A stretch of DNA of 53,859 nucleotides from Betaproteobacteria bacterium (GTDB lineage Bacteria; Pseudomonadota; Gammaproteobacteria; Burkholderiales; SG8-39). Location: contig JANMSV010000085.1 of assembly GCA_031389685.1 (NCBI GenBank), positions 1-53,859 on the forward strand, given 5' to 3'. This document shows, one piece after another, positions 1 through 9,379 of this stretch. Every line of letters begins with the position of its first letter. Positions within the stretch are counted from its first letter, which is position 1. The notes beneath the pieces were generated by a model that was given only the letters and a program-made list of their open reading frames with translations, ran no database searches and was not told the origin of the DNA. A program made the position numbers and the translations under genes.

Positions 1-1502
1 CCGAGACCGCCGTGCGCCTCAAGTTCTCGGTGCGCGACACCGGCGTCGGCATCCCGCCGGAGGCGCAGCAGCGCATCTTCGATAGCTTCACGCAGGCCGA
101 CCAGTCGACCACGCGGCGCTTTGGCGGTACGGGCCTCGGCACCACCATCGCCAAACAGCTGGTCGAATTGATGGGCGGCAAGATCGGACTGGAAAGCGCG
201 GTTGGCCTGGGCAGCACGTTCTGGTTTGACATCGCATGCGAAAAGCAGCCGGAACGTGCGGGCGCCGGCGCGGGCGAACTGGCGGGCGCGCGCGTACTGC
301 TGGTCGGCTTTCCCGAGCCTCAAGCCCAGCCTGTCGCGCATTCGCTCGAGGCCTGGGGTGCGATCGCGGTGCAATGCGCGACGCTGGAAGAGTGCGGCGA
401 CCGCATCGTCGCCGACATTGCGCTCGCTAGGCCTTATCACAGCGTGCTGCTGTATTCCGAGCGCGGCGACCCACAACTCGCGCGGCGCCTGCGGCGCGCA
501 GCGCCCGAGCCGGCGCCGCCGGCGGTGCTGGCGGTGCCGCGCGAGGCCGAGGCGCAGCGCTTTGCCGCCCTGTCGGCGGGATTCAGCGCCGTGCTTGAAC
601 TGCCGTTCGAGAAGCGCCAGCTGTTCCACGTGCTGCACGCAATCTCCTCGGCGGACGAGGTGCGCGACGGCGTGGTGCGGCTACAGGATTACGCCAAGCG
701 GGGCCACGGCGCCAGGCGCCTGTCGGTGCTGGTCGCGGACGACAATCCCACCAACCGCGAGGTGCTGGGCCGCATCCTCGAGCGCGCCGGGCACGGCGTC
801 ACGCTGGTCGACGATGGCGACCTGGCGCTCGACGCCCTGGAGGGCGGCCATTTCGACATCGTGCTGCTCGATCGCAACATGCCGGGCTTGAGCGGGCTGG
901 AAACGCTGCAGGCAATCCGGCTGATGACGCGCGGCCGCGAGCGGCTGCCGGTGGTCATGCTGTCGGCGGATGTGACGCTGGAAGCGAAGCGCGAGTGCCT
1001 GGAGGCCGGGGCGGACAGTTTCGTGCCCAAGCCGGTGGAAGCCCTGCGCCTGCTCGACGAACTGCGTAGCCTCACTTCGGGCAAGCCGCAGGAGGCGGGG
1101 CGCGCCGCGCCCGACGCGGTGGCGGCCCCGGCGGGCGCCGAAGTGGTGAACACCGAGACTCTGGCGCACCTCGAGGACCTGGGCTCGACGCCCGACTTCC
1201 TGGAACGGCTGATCGGCGTATTCGTCGCCGACAGCCAGTCGCTGCTGGCGAAGATGGAAGCGTCGGTCGCGGCGCGCAATTTCGGCGATTTCCGCGCGCA
1301 CCTGCACGCCATGAAAGGCTCCGCGGCGAGCATCGGTACCGAGCGCCTGACGCGGCTGTGCGCGACGCTGGGCAAGAGTTCCGACGCCGAGCTGCGGCTG
1401 CAATCCTCGTCGCTGGTGCGCTCGCTGGACGAGGAGTTCGCCCAGGGGCGCTCCGCCCTGGAGCGCTACGTGCAGGATAAGCGCAGCCGCTCGGCGATTT
1501 AG
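1..1502 (+). CDS. Hybrid sensor histidine kinase, C-terminal part (HATPase_c, degenerate receiver-like spacer, REC, HPt); 5' end lies off-window
   Basis: The frame is open from the window edge. It shows ATPase G-boxes ([16 protein letters not shown]), a canonical receiver ([13 protein letters not shown]...[14 protein letters not shown]...FVPKP) and an HPt motif ([13 protein letters not shown]). Confidence 0.9.
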   Translation, partial: ETAVRLKFSVRDTGVGIPPEAQQRIFDSFTQADQSTTRRFGGTGLGTTIAKQLVELMGGKIGLESAVGLGSTFWFDIACEKQPERAGAGAGELAGARVLLVGFPEPQAQPVAHSLEAWGAIAVQCATLEECGDRIVADIALARPYHSVLLYSERGDPQLARRLRRAAPEPAPPAVLAVPREAEAQRFAALSAGFSAVLELPFEKRQLFHVLHAISSADEVRDGVVRLQDYAKRGHGARRLSVLVADDNPTNREVLGRILERAGHGVTLVDDGDLALDALEGGHFDIVLLDRNMPGLSGLETLQAIRLMTRGRERLPVVMLSADVTLEAKRECLEAGADSFVPKPVEALRLLDELRSLTSGKPQEAGRAAPDAVAAPAGAEVVNTETLAHLEDLGSTPDFLERLIGVFVADSQSLLAKMEASVAARNFGDFRAHLHAMKGSAASIGTERLTRLCATLGKSSDAELRLQSSSLVRSLDEEFAQGRSALERYVQDKRSRSAI

Positions 1503-1589
1503 CGTCGCCGCGCCAGCCGCCGCCGCGCAGCGACGACGGCCTGTCCACTACAATTCCGGCTTCCGATCTTCTGGCGCAGGGTGTGACAC

Positions 1590-2501
1590 TTGGCTTGCGA
1601 CGACCGATCCGAGCCGGTAGTTGACGAGCAACTGCTGCGCATCCGCGCCGGCGACGGCTACGAGCTGGGCGCAATCCTCTACTCGGCGCGCACGGGCGCC
1701 GCGCCGCGGCGAGTCGTCGTCCTGCACGGGGGAGCCGGGATCCCGGCGCAGCGCTACCGGCGTTTCGCCCGCTTTCTCGCGCTGTCGGGCATGCCGGTGC
1801 TGACCTACGATTTTCGCGGCATCGGGCTGTCCCGCCCCTTGGCGCTGCGGGGATTCCGCTCGGTCATCGAGGACTGGGCGGAGTACGACTGCAGTGCGGC
1901 GATCGGCTGGTTGCGCGAGCGGTTCCCGCAGGCGGAGCTGATCGGAATCGCTCATTCGCTCGGCGCGCTGCTCTTTGGGGGGGCGCACAACGCCGCGGAG
2001 CAGGCCCGCCTGGTCCTGATCGGCGCCCATACGGGTTACTACGGCGACTATCGTCCGCTCTACCGGTGGCCGATGGCCGCGCTCTGGCACGGGCTGATGC
2101 CGGTGCTCACTCGCCTCATCGGCTATTTCCCGGGGCGCCGCTTGGGTTTCGGCGACGACATTCCCGCTGGCGTCGCGCTGCAATGGGCCGCGCGCCGTTC
2201 GTCCGACCTGCGACCCGCCGGCGCCAGCCCGGACGACGAGCGCACGCGCCGACTTCTCGACCGTTGCGCCGTGCTGGAGCGTCCCGCGCTCGTGATCCGG
2301 TTCAGCGATGACGCGTTTGCCACCGTCGCGGGCATGCGACGATTTCTCGCCTATTATCCACGGCTGTCGCCGCAGCACATTGTCTTCACGCCTGCCGACG
2401 GGGGCGTGCGCAAGATCGGCCATTTCGGCTTCTTCAGTCGCAGGGCCGGGCCTGCCCTGTGGCCCCGGTTGGTCGCGCGACTGCAGCCGCCGGTGCATTG
2501 A
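1590..2501 (+). CDS. Alpha/beta-fold hydrolase
   Basis: The 303-aa ORF has VVVLHGGAGIP and a nucleophile elbow (IAHSLGA). The only available start is TTG at 1590, so the start is uncertain. Confidence 0.7.
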   Translation: MACDDRSEPVVDEQLLRIRAGDGYELGAILYSARTGAAPRRVVVLHGGAGIPAQRYRRFARFLALSGMPVLTYDFRGIGLSRPLALRGFRSVIEDWAEYDCSAAIGWLRERFPQAELIGIAHSLGALLFGGAHNAAEQARLVLIGAHTGYYGDYRPLYRWPMAALWHGLMPVLTRLIGYFPGRRLGFGDDIPAGVALQWAARRSSDLRPAGASPDDERTRRLLDRCAVLERPALVIRFSDDAFATVAGMRRFLAYYPRLSPQHIVFTPADGGVRKIGHFGFFSRRAGPALWPRLVARLQPPVH

Positions 2502-2528
2502 GCGCCGCGCAAGGGGCCGCTCGGCGAT

Positions 2529-3467
2529 CTAGGCGGAGGCGTCGCGCTCCGCGCCCAGCGCGGCGAGCGGCGCGCGAGCGCGCGAATCCTCGGGGATGCC
2601 GGCGGCGCGCCGGACCGCCCGGGTGGTCTGGCCTGAACCGTCGGCCCTCCAGCCCGGCGGGCCGAAGGCGAGGCCCAGCGCCTCCCGCCAGCTGCGCGCA
2701 GCGCGCAGGTCCTTGAGCAGTGCCACCCATTCGGCGAACGCGATTTTCACCGGATTGAGCGTGTCGATCTGGCGCACCAGGCCGTAGGTGCGGGGCGCTC
2801 CGGCGCGCTCCACGGCAAAGGTGCCAAACAGCTTGTCCCAGAGGATCAATACCCCGCCGTAGTTGCGGTCCAGGTACTCGGGTTCGACGGCGTGGTGCAC
2901 GCGGTGGTGCGAGGGCGTGTTCAGCACCGCTTCCAGCAGCCCCAGCTTGGGCACCACTTCGGTATGCAGCCAGAACTGGTACAGCAGGTTGGCCGCGTAC
3001 ATGAAAACCACGGCGCGCGGGTCGAAGCCGAGCAAGCATACCGGGACCAGGAACAGCCACGGCCCGGCGAAAAACTGCGTCCAGCCCAGGCGGTAGGCGA
3101 CCGAAAGCGTGATCTGGCGCGCCGAGTGGTGCACGCTGTGCTGCGCCCACATCCAGCGGATCTGATGGCTGAAGCGGTGCAGCCAGTAGTAGGCCAGCTC
3201 CACGGCGAAGAACAGCGCCACCCAGCTCTCCCAGCGGTCCATTGGAATGTCGAAGGGCCGTAGCTGGTAGGCGGCGACGTACACCGCCGCCACCAGCGCC
3301 TTGGTGAGGGCGTCGGTCCCGAGGCGGCCGATGGCCACGGCGAGATTGGAGGCCGTGACCTTCCAGCCATATGGCCGGTGCAAGGCGACACGGTAGTACA
3401 CCGCCTCGAGCGCGATGGCGATGAAAAACACCGGCAGCGTCATCAGGTAGAGCTTGATCGGGTCCAT
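2529..3467 (-). CDS. Fatty acid hydroxylase / sterol desaturase family membrane di-iron enzyme
   Basis: Histidine boxes HRFSHQ, HSVHHS and HHRVHH sit in a hydrophobic protein. I place the start at ATG 3467 (MDPIKLYL). Confidence 0.8.
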   Translation of the reverse strand: MDPIKLYLMTLPVFFIAIALEAVYYRVALHRPYGWKVTASNLAVAIGRLGTDALTKALVAAVYVAAYQLRPFDIPMDRWESWVALFFAVELAYYWLHRFSHQIRWMWAQHSVHHSARQITLSVAYRLGWTQFFAGPWLFLVPVCLLGFDPRAVVFMYAANLLYQFWLHTEVVPKLGLLEAVLNTPSHHRVHHAVEPEYLDRNYGGVLILWDKLFGTFAVERAGAPRTYGLVRQIDTLNPVKIAFAEWVALLKDLRAARSWREALGLAFGPPGWRADGSGQTTRAVRRAAGIPEDSRARAPLAALGAERDASA

Positions 3468-3523
3468 GGGCGTTGCTTTACTTGATCGGCTTGCCGGCAC
3501 GAGACTGGCGCTACAATCCCGCG

Positions 3524-4189
3524 ATGTCTTTTTTCATCGAGTTGGTCGAAAGTTCCGACGCCAGCCGCCGCGCGCTCGAGGTGGAGCCGCGCGTGCACGC
3601 GATGGTCCACCACGGGCTGGAGCTGCCCGAATACCGCGCCTTCCTGCACGACCTGTACCACATCGTGTGGCACTTCTGCCCGGCGATGGCGGCGGCTGCG
3701 GCGCGCTGCGGCGACGAATTCCGCGACGTGCGTTACGCGCTGTACGAGCGTATCGAGGAGGAAAAGGGGCACGAGGCGTGGGTGCTGGAAGACATCGGGG
3801 CGATGGGGGGCGATGTCTCCGCGGCGCTCGCCAAGCCGCCGAGCGTTCCGGTGCAGGCGATGATCGCGTACAACTACTACGCGGCCGAACGCGTGCACCC
3901 GTGCTCGGTGCTGGGCATGCTCTACGTGCTCGAAGTGATCTCCTCGGTGTACGGCGGGCGCGTCTCGGACGCGATCGCACGCAGGCTCGGGCGCGACGTG
4001 GCCGCGGGCGGATTCAAGTTCCTGACCTCGCACGCGTCCATGGACCTCGACCACATGGCGAGCCTCAACCGCCTCGTCAAGACGGTGCAGGACCGCGCCG
4101 CGCAGACGGCGATCATCCGCTCGACGCTGGTGAACTTCCATCAGTTCGGGCAGATCTTCAGGATTGGCGGCCCGCTGGGCCCGGCATAG
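3524..4189 (+). CDS. Heme-oxygenase-like iron-containing redox enzyme family protein (HDO/Haem_oxygenas_2-like)
   Basis: The helical protein carries EEEKGHEAW and SHASMDLDH carboxylate/His motifs typical of this fold. The start is ATG 3524 (MSFFIEL), with no SD upstream. Confidence 0.65.
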   Translation: MSFFIELVESSDASRRALEVEPRVHAMVHHGLELPEYRAFLHDLYHIVWHFCPAMAAAAARCGDEFRDVRYALYERIEEEKGHEAWVLEDIGAMGGDVSAALAKPPSVPVQAMIAYNYYAAERVHPCSVLGMLYVLEVISSVYGGRVSDAIARRLGRDVAAGGFKFLTSHASMDLDHMASLNRLVKTVQDRAAQTAIIRSTLVNFHQFGQIFRIGGPLGPA

Positions 4190-4193
4190 GCGT

Positions 4194-5120
4194 TCAGGCC
4201 ACCGCCGACATGGCTTCGGCGGCGATGTCGGTGATGCCGCCGTCTTCCAAGCGCCGCATCTGCGCACGCACCACGCGGCCCATCATGCGCAGGTCCTTGT
4301 CCTCGAGCCGCAGCGCGCAGTCCACCCAGGTGTCGGCGACCGCGTCGAGTTCCTCGCGCGTCACCGGGAACACCTGCTGGCGAGCGCGCAGCACGCCCTG
4401 CAGGCCGTTCCTGCGCTTGGCGTTGGCGGCGATCCAGTCGCGCACCGCCACCTCGCCCTCGCCGTCCTTCGCCAGCACGTCGACCACGCCCATTTCGTGC
4501 AGCTTGGCGGCGCTCAGCACGCGGCCGGACAGGATCAGGCGTTCCGCGTCGCGCATGCCGATGCGCCGTGCGAGCAGGCTGTAGGCGCCCATGCCCGGGA
4601 ACAGGTTGAACAGGATCTCCGGCAATCCCATCTGTGCCGATTCTTCCGCGACCACGAGGTCGGAGGACAGGGCGGTCTCGAATCCGCCGCCCAGCGCGTC
4701 GCCCTGCACCAGCGAGATCGTGGTCACCGTCGGGCAGCCGTAATTGCTGATGCGCGCGTGCACGTTGTCGATGCACAGCCGCGCATAGTGCGCGAGCGCA
4801 TCGCGGTCGCGTGCCTTGATCAGCAGCAGGAACAGCGCCAGGTCGCCGCCGAGGTTGAACACCTTGGGCACGCGCGAGGCGGCCACGTACCAGTTCACCC
4901 TGTTCAAGTCGCCCGCGAACTCGACGCGTCCGCCGTTGGCGGTGAGCGCCTGGTCATGGTCGCGGATCTCCTTGAGGATGCCGAGATTGAAGCAGGCGTT
5001 GCCGCGCTGCCTCATGAATCCCCACAGCGTGCCGCTGGCAGGTTCGAACTCGAATTCCAGTTCAGAGTATTTTCGCGCGCACGGTGCGCGCAGGCCGATG
5101 ACGTCGCTCATGTTGCTCAT
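4194..5120 (-). CDS. rpfF: DSF-family signal synthase, RpfF-like crotonase (dehydratase/thioesterase)
   Basis: Blocks match Xanthomonas RpfF as I recall it: VFNLGGDLALF, LVQGDALGGGFETALS, MGLPEILFNLFPGMGAYS, LRMMGRVVRAQ. Both catalytic Glu positions are present. ATG 5120 is preceded by GGAAGGAG. Confidence 0.8.
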   Translation of the reverse strand: MSNMSDVIGLRAPCARKYSELEFEFEPASGTLWGFMRQRGNACFNLGILKEIRDHDQALTANGGRVEFAGDLNRVNWYVAASRVPKVFNLGGDLALFLLLIKARDRDALAHYARLCIDNVHARISNYGCPTVTTISLVQGDALGGGFETALSSDLVVAEESAQMGLPEILFNLFPGMGAYSLLARRIGMRDAERLILSGRVLSAAKLHEMGVVDVLAKDGEGEVAVRDWIAANAKRRNGLQGVLRARQQVFPVTREELDAVADTWVDCALRLEDKDLRMMGRVVRAQMRRLEDGGITDIAAEAMSAVA

Positions 5121-5349
5121 TTGCTGCTCCTTCCCTGATGAAAAGCCCCCTTGGCGGGAGCCGTTGCCCGAGGTCCGGACACGGCGACAAGCCGTGCGAA
5201 CCTCCCCGGAGTCATTTAACGCTCTTTGACAATGCCCGTGCAAATCGGGGAATACCCGAGGTGCGCCCCGGGGATTGGCTGAGTGCCCGGAAATGAGAGA
5301 CGCCGGGCAGCCTGGAATGTGTGCGATATTTCCGCTTCCACGGCTCGTG

Positions 5350-5379
5350 TTGTAAATCCGACACACAATCGGTTATAAA
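5350..5379 (+). promoter_or_regulatory. Possible sigma70 promoter for the 5421 ORF (TTGTAA-18 nt-TATAAA)
   Basis: The hexamers lie at 5350-5355 and 5374-5379 in a locally AT-richer divergent intergenic region. Confidence 0.3.
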
Positions 5380-5420
5380 GGGGCCGTTTTGCGGCGCTAC
5401 GCAGAGTCCGGAGGGGCAGC

Positions 5421-5657
5421 ATGTACGCGATCGTGTACAAGTCCGACGGCTTCCCGGTATGCCGGCAGCTTTCCGGAGTCAGCCCCGATCCCGTCGTGAC
5501 CTGGAATACCGAGGCGGCGGCGAAAGCTTTCATTTCCACCAAGGGCGGCGACAAGGATTTTCAGGCGGTCGCCCTGACCGACGAGGCGATGGACAGGATG
5601 GCCAAGTCGATGGGCTGCACTGTGGAATCGATCACCTTCGACCCCTACCCGGGATAA
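5421..5657 (+). CDS. Hypothetical small protein (78 aa)
   Basis: GGAGG lies 6 nt upstream of the ATG and codon usage is G/C3-rich. I recognise no family. Confidence 0.55.
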   Translation: MYAIVYKSDGFPVCRQLSGVSPDPVVTWNTEAAAKAFISTKGGDKDFQAVALTDEAMDRMAKSMGCTVESITFDPYPG

Positions 5658-5665
5658 GCGCCTGC

Positions 5666-6298
5666 TCAGCCCAGGTTGAAGTACTCGCGCCGGCTTTTCA
5701 TGGCGCGCATGCGCGCCACCAGCAGGTCGAAGTCCGCGTCGCGCTCCGCAAAGTTCAGATTCTCGGAATTCACGATCAGCACCGGCGACGCCGCGTAGTG
5801 GTAGAAAAAGCGCGCATAGCCCTCCGCCAGCAGTGCCAGGTAATCCTCGCCGATGCCGCGCTCGTAGTCCATGCCGCGACGCCGGACCCGCTCGACCAGC
5901 ACCTGTGGCTGCGCCTGCAGGTAGATCACCAGGTCCGGCACCGGCGCCTGCGGGCGCAGCGCCTCATAGATGCGCTGGTACAGGGCCAGTTCGTCGACGC
6001 TGAGCGTGATGCGCGCGAACAGCGGATCCTTGTCGATGAGGAAATCCGCGACCGTGGCGCGGCCGAACATGTCGGGTTGGGCGAGCGGCTCGAGCTGGCG
6101 TGCGCGCTGGAACAGGAAGAACAACTGCGTCGGGAGCGCGTAGCGCGCCATGTCCTGGTAAAAACGCGCCAGGAACGGATTCTCCGCGGGCTGCTCGAGC
6201 AGCAGGTCCGCGCCAAGGCGCGCTGCGAGGCGGCGCGCGAGGCTGGTCTTACCGGAGCCGATCGGGCCTTCGACGGCGACGTAGCGCAGGCGCTCCAT
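5666..6298 (-). CDS. Deoxynucleoside kinase family protein
   Basis: P-loop EGPIGSGKTSLA is present, and FYQDMARYALPTQLFFL is typical of dNK/dGK. Confidence 0.8.
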   Translation of the reverse strand: MERLRYVAVEGPIGSGKTSLARRLAARLGADLLLEQPAENPFLARFYQDMARYALPTQLFFLFQRARQLEPLAQPDMFGRATVADFLIDKDPLFARITLSVDELALYQRIYEALRPQAPVPDLVIYLQAQPQVLVERVRRRGMDYERGIGEDYLALLAEGYARFFYHYAASPVLIVNSENLNFAERDADFDLLVARMRAMKSRREYFNLG

Positions 6299-6299
6299 T

Positions 6300-6779
6300 T
6301 CAGTCCATCCGCACCACGCGCTGGGCTGCGCAACGCGCCAGCAGCGCGCGCGCTGCCCCTCGGCCCGGCACCTCGAGGCGCGGGTCGAGCTCCAGCAGCG
6401 GCAGCAGCACGAAAGCGCGCTGGTGCATGCGCGGGTGCGGCAGGGTCAGCATGGCGGAGGCGAAGCTCGTGTCGCCGTAGAGCAGCAGGTCGAGGTCGAG
6501 CGTGCGCGGCGCGTTGGGGTAGGGCCGCTCGCGGCCATGGCGCAGTTCGATGTCCTGCAGTTCGGCGAGCAGTTGCGCGGCGGACAGCTCCGTATCCACG
6601 CCGGCCGCGGCATTGACGTAGTCGGCCTGTCCCGGCGCGTCGAGTGGCGCGCTGCGATACAGCGCCGAGCGGCCCTCGAGTTGCGTCTGGGGCAGGCACG
6701 CTAGATCGTCGAATGCCTGCAGGACCTGGGCGCGCGCATCGCCCTGGTTGGAACCGATGCCGATGTACGCGATGGTCAC
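6300..6779 (-). CDS. folK: 2-amino-4-hydroxy-6-hydroxymethyldihydropteridine diphosphokinase
   Basis: Motifs IGIGSN, YRSAPL, LDLDLLLYGD and LTLPHPRMHQRAFVL are present. The GTG start overlaps the pcnB stop (GTGA). Confidence 0.9.
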   Translation of the reverse strand: MTIAYIGIGSNQGDARAQVLQAFDDLACLPQTQLEGRSALYRSAPLDAPGQADYVNAAAGVDTELSAAQLLAELQDIELRHGRERPYPNAPRTLDLDLLLYGDTSFASAMLTLPHPRMHQRAFVLLPLLELDPRLEVPGRGAARALLARCAAQRVVRMD

Positions 6780-8101
6780 GCCGGCGTGGGGCCCGGCTCC
6801 GCGCCTTCCGTGCGCCGGCGGCGTCGGCGGCGCTTTTTACGCGGGCCGGTATCGGGCAGCAGCATCGCCTTGCGGGTCTCGTCGTCGGCTTGCTGGAACG
6901 CACGCCACCAGGCCTCCAATTCCGCGCTCACCTCCCCGCTCGCCGCGCGCACGGCGAGGAAGTCGTACCCCATGCGAAAGCGCGGTGCTTCGAGCAGCCG
7001 GTAGGGGCGCTGGCCGCCGCGCTGCTCGAACCTGGGCTGCATGGCCCAGATCTCGCGCATGGTGGCGGTGAGCTTGCGCGTCAGCGCCAGCTTTTCGCAT
7101 TGCGTGTCGAGCACCCGGTCCATCGCCGCTTCCAGCGCCGGGAGCGGCCGCTCGCCCTTCGCCTGGTGCGCTTTCGAGGCCGCCAGCACCTCGTGCCACA
7201 GCAGGGCGGCGAACAGGAAAGCCGGCGACACCGGCCGCTCCGCGCGCACGCGCTCGTCGGTCTGCGCCAGCGCCAGGGTGACGAAGCGCTCGCCCAGCGG
7301 CTGCTCGAGAATCACGTCGAGCAGCGGCAGGACGCCCTTGGAAAGGCCTTCCTCGCGCAGCTGGCGCACGCAGGCGCTCGCGTGCCCGGACATGAGGAGC
7401 TTGAGCATCTCGTCGAACACGCGCGCCGGGGGCACGTGCTCGATCAGCGGCGCGAGCTTGCGGATCGGCGCGCGCATTCCCGCCTCGATGCTCAGCCCCA
7501 GCTTGGCCGCCAATCTCACCGCGCGCAGCATGCGTACCGGATCCTCGCGGAATCGCGTTGCCGGATCGCCGATCATGCGCAGCACGCGTTTCTTGAGGTC
7601 GGCGAGTCCGCCGTGGTGGTCGATGATCTGCTCGGTGGCGGGGTCGAAATACAGCGCATTGACGGTGAAATCGCGCCGCCGCGCGTCTTCTTCCAGGGTA
7701 CCGAAGACGTTGTCGCGCAGCACGCGGCCATGCTCATTCTTTTCCGCGGTGTTGGCGTCGGCCGAGCGGAAGGTCGATACTTCCACCGTCTCCTGGCCCA
7801 GCATCACGTGCACCAGCCGGAAGCGCCGGCCGATGATCAGCGCGCGCCGGAACAGCGGCTTGACCTGCTCCGGGCGTGCGTCGGTGGCGACGTCGTAATC
7901 CTTGGGCGTGATCTCGAGCAGCAGGTCGCGCACCGCGCCGCCCACCACGTAGGCGGAATTGCCCGCCTCCCGCAACACGTCGCAGACCTTGAGCGCGCTG
8001 TGGCTGAGCGCCTCGCGCCGCAGGCCGTGGCGCTCGCGCGGCACGCGCTGCGGCGCGTGCGCGGACAGTCCCAGTACCTGGCGGATGAAGCGCTTGATCA
8101 T
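6776..8101 (-). CDS. pcnB: Poly(A) polymerase I
   Basis: YVVGGAVRDLLL and RFRLVHV are present with CCA/PAP-family architecture. The tail is Arg-rich. Confidence 0.9.
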   Translation of the reverse strand: MIKRFIRQVLGLSAHAPQRVPRERHGLRREALSHSALKVCDVLREAGNSAYVVGGAVRDLLLEITPKDYDVATDARPEQVKPLFRRALIIGRRFRLVHVMLGQETVEVSTFRSADANTAEKNEHGRVLRDNVFGTLEEDARRRDFTVNALYFDPATEQIIDHHGGLADLKKRVLRMIGDPATRFREDPVRMLRAVRLAAKLGLSIEAGMRAPIRKLAPLIEHVPPARVFDEMLKLLMSGHASACVRQLREEGLSKGVLPLLDVILEQPLGERFVTLALAQTDERVRAERPVSPAFLFAALLWHEVLAASKAHQAKGERPLPALEAAMDRVLDTQCEKLALTRKLTATMREIWAMQPRFEQRGGQRPYRLLEAPRFRMGYDFLAVRAASGEVSAELEAWWRAFQQADDETRKAMLLPDTGPRKKRRRRRRRTEGAEPGPTPA

Positions 8102-8114
8102 CGAGGCGGCGATT

Positions 8115-8777
8115 CTAGCGCAGGGACATCACGGGCCAGCCGCGACGGGCGGCTTCGGCGGCGAGTTGCGGGTCCGGGTCCACGGCCACCGGCTGGCGCA
8201 CGCGCTCGAGCAGTGGCAGGTCGTTGTGCGAGTCGCTGTAGAAGCGGCTGTTGCCGAAATCCTCCAGGCGCCGGCCCAGGCCCGCGAGCCACTGCTCGAC
8301 GCGCAGGATCTTGCCTTCGCGAAAGCAGGGCGTGCCGGCCACGCGCCCGGTGAAGCGCCCCGCGGCGCACTCGGGCTCGGTGGCGAGCAGGTGCGGCACG
8401 CTGAACTCGTGCGCGATTGGCGCGGTGACGAAACTGTTGGTGGCGGTGACCACGGCGCACAGGTCGCCGGCGTCGCGGTGACGGGCCACCAGTGCGCGCG
8501 CCGCGGGCGTGATCATCGGCAGGATGCAGCTGCGCATGAATTCGGCGTGCCAGCGGGCCAGCTCCCCGGCGCTGTGCGCGGCCAGCGGGCGCAGGGCGAA
8601 ACCCAGGTACTCGTGGATGTCGAGGGTGCCCGCCTTGTACTGCTCGAAGAAAGCGGCGTTCTGCGTCTCGTACTCCTCGCGCGCCAGCACGCCGCGCTCG
8701 ATGAGGAACTGCCCCCACTCGTAGTCGCTGTCGCCGGCGAGCAGCGTGTTGTCGAGATCGAACAGCGCGAGGTTCAC
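8115..8777 (-). CDS. HAD-IB family hydrolase
   Basis: FDLDNTLL (DxDxT) and SDSHNDLPLL are present. The GTG start at 8777 overlaps the hda stop (GTGA). The longer 389-aa track ORF is an upstream out-of-gene extension. Confidence 0.8.
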   Translation of the reverse strand: MNLALFDLDNTLLAGDSDYEWGQFLIERGVLAREEYETQNAAFFEQYKAGTLDIHEYLGFALRPLAAHSAGELARWHAEFMRSCILPMITPAARALVARHRDAGDLCAVVTATNSFVTAPIAHEFSVPHLLATEPECAAGRFTGRVAGTPCFREGKILRVEQWLAGLGRRLEDFGNSRFYSDSHNDLPLLERVRQPVAVDPDPQLAAEAARRGWPVMSLR

Positions 8778-9379
8778 GGTTCCAACGACCTCAGCGCCTC
8801 GCGCACCAGCGGCAGCGTCACCGGCCGGCGCTGCTCCAGGGAGGTACGGTCCAGGTGCTCGAGGATGGCGCCGAGCGAGGGCATATCCCGGCGCACGTGC
8901 GTGAGCAGGTACCACACGACCTCGTCCGGCAGCTTGAGTCCACGGCGCGTCGCTTCGGCATGCAGGAACATCGCCTTCTCCGCGTCGGTGAGCGGCTTCA
9001 CCTGGTACACCAGGCCCCAGCCCAGCCGGCTGCGCAGGTCCTCGCGCAGCGCGAGCTGCGCCGGAGGCGCATTGCCTGCGGCGAGCACCGAGCTGCCCGC
9101 TTCGCGCGCATGGTTGATGGCATTGAACAAAGCGACCTGCGCGCCCTCGTCGAGCCGCTCCACGTCGTCGGCGACGCTGAGGCCCGGGCGCGCGCTGGCG
9201 CGCAGCAGGTGGCTGCGACCCGATCCCGCCTCGCCCCACAGGTAGATCACGGACTCGGCAAGCCGGCCTGCCGCAAGCTCGCACAGTCGCGCCAGCAGCT
9301 CGGCGTTCGAGCCCGGCACGAAATTATCGAGCGTGGGCTCGGGCGGTGCGGAGATGGGCAGCGCGAGCTGGCGCGTCAC
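8774..9379 (-). CDS. hda: DnaA regulatory inactivator Hda
   Basis: LDNFVPGSN, the Walker-like LWGEAGSGRSHLL, and the position next to purM/permease fit Hda. The GTG start at 9379 overlaps the upstream stop. Confidence 0.8.
   Translation of the reverse strand: MTRQLALPISAPPEPTLDNFVPGSNAELLARLCELAAGRLAESVIYLWGEAGSGRSHLLRASARPGLSVADDVERLDEGAQVALFNAINHAREAGSSVLAAGNAPPAQLALREDLRSRLGWGLVYQVKPLTDAEKAMFLHAEATRRGLKLPDEVVWYLLTHVRRDMPSLGAILEHLDRTSLEQRRPVTLPLVREALRSLEP

Noticed and set aside
8778-9284. N-terminal extensions of track ORFs: 8115-9284, 33092-34780, 35241-36008, 41096-43036, 4194-5366 and 11484-12218.
   Set aside because: The extensions overlap the upstream gene in another frame and are low-complexity. 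Conserved homology begins at internal ATG/GTG codons that sit at 4-nt stop/start overlaps or behind SD sequences.
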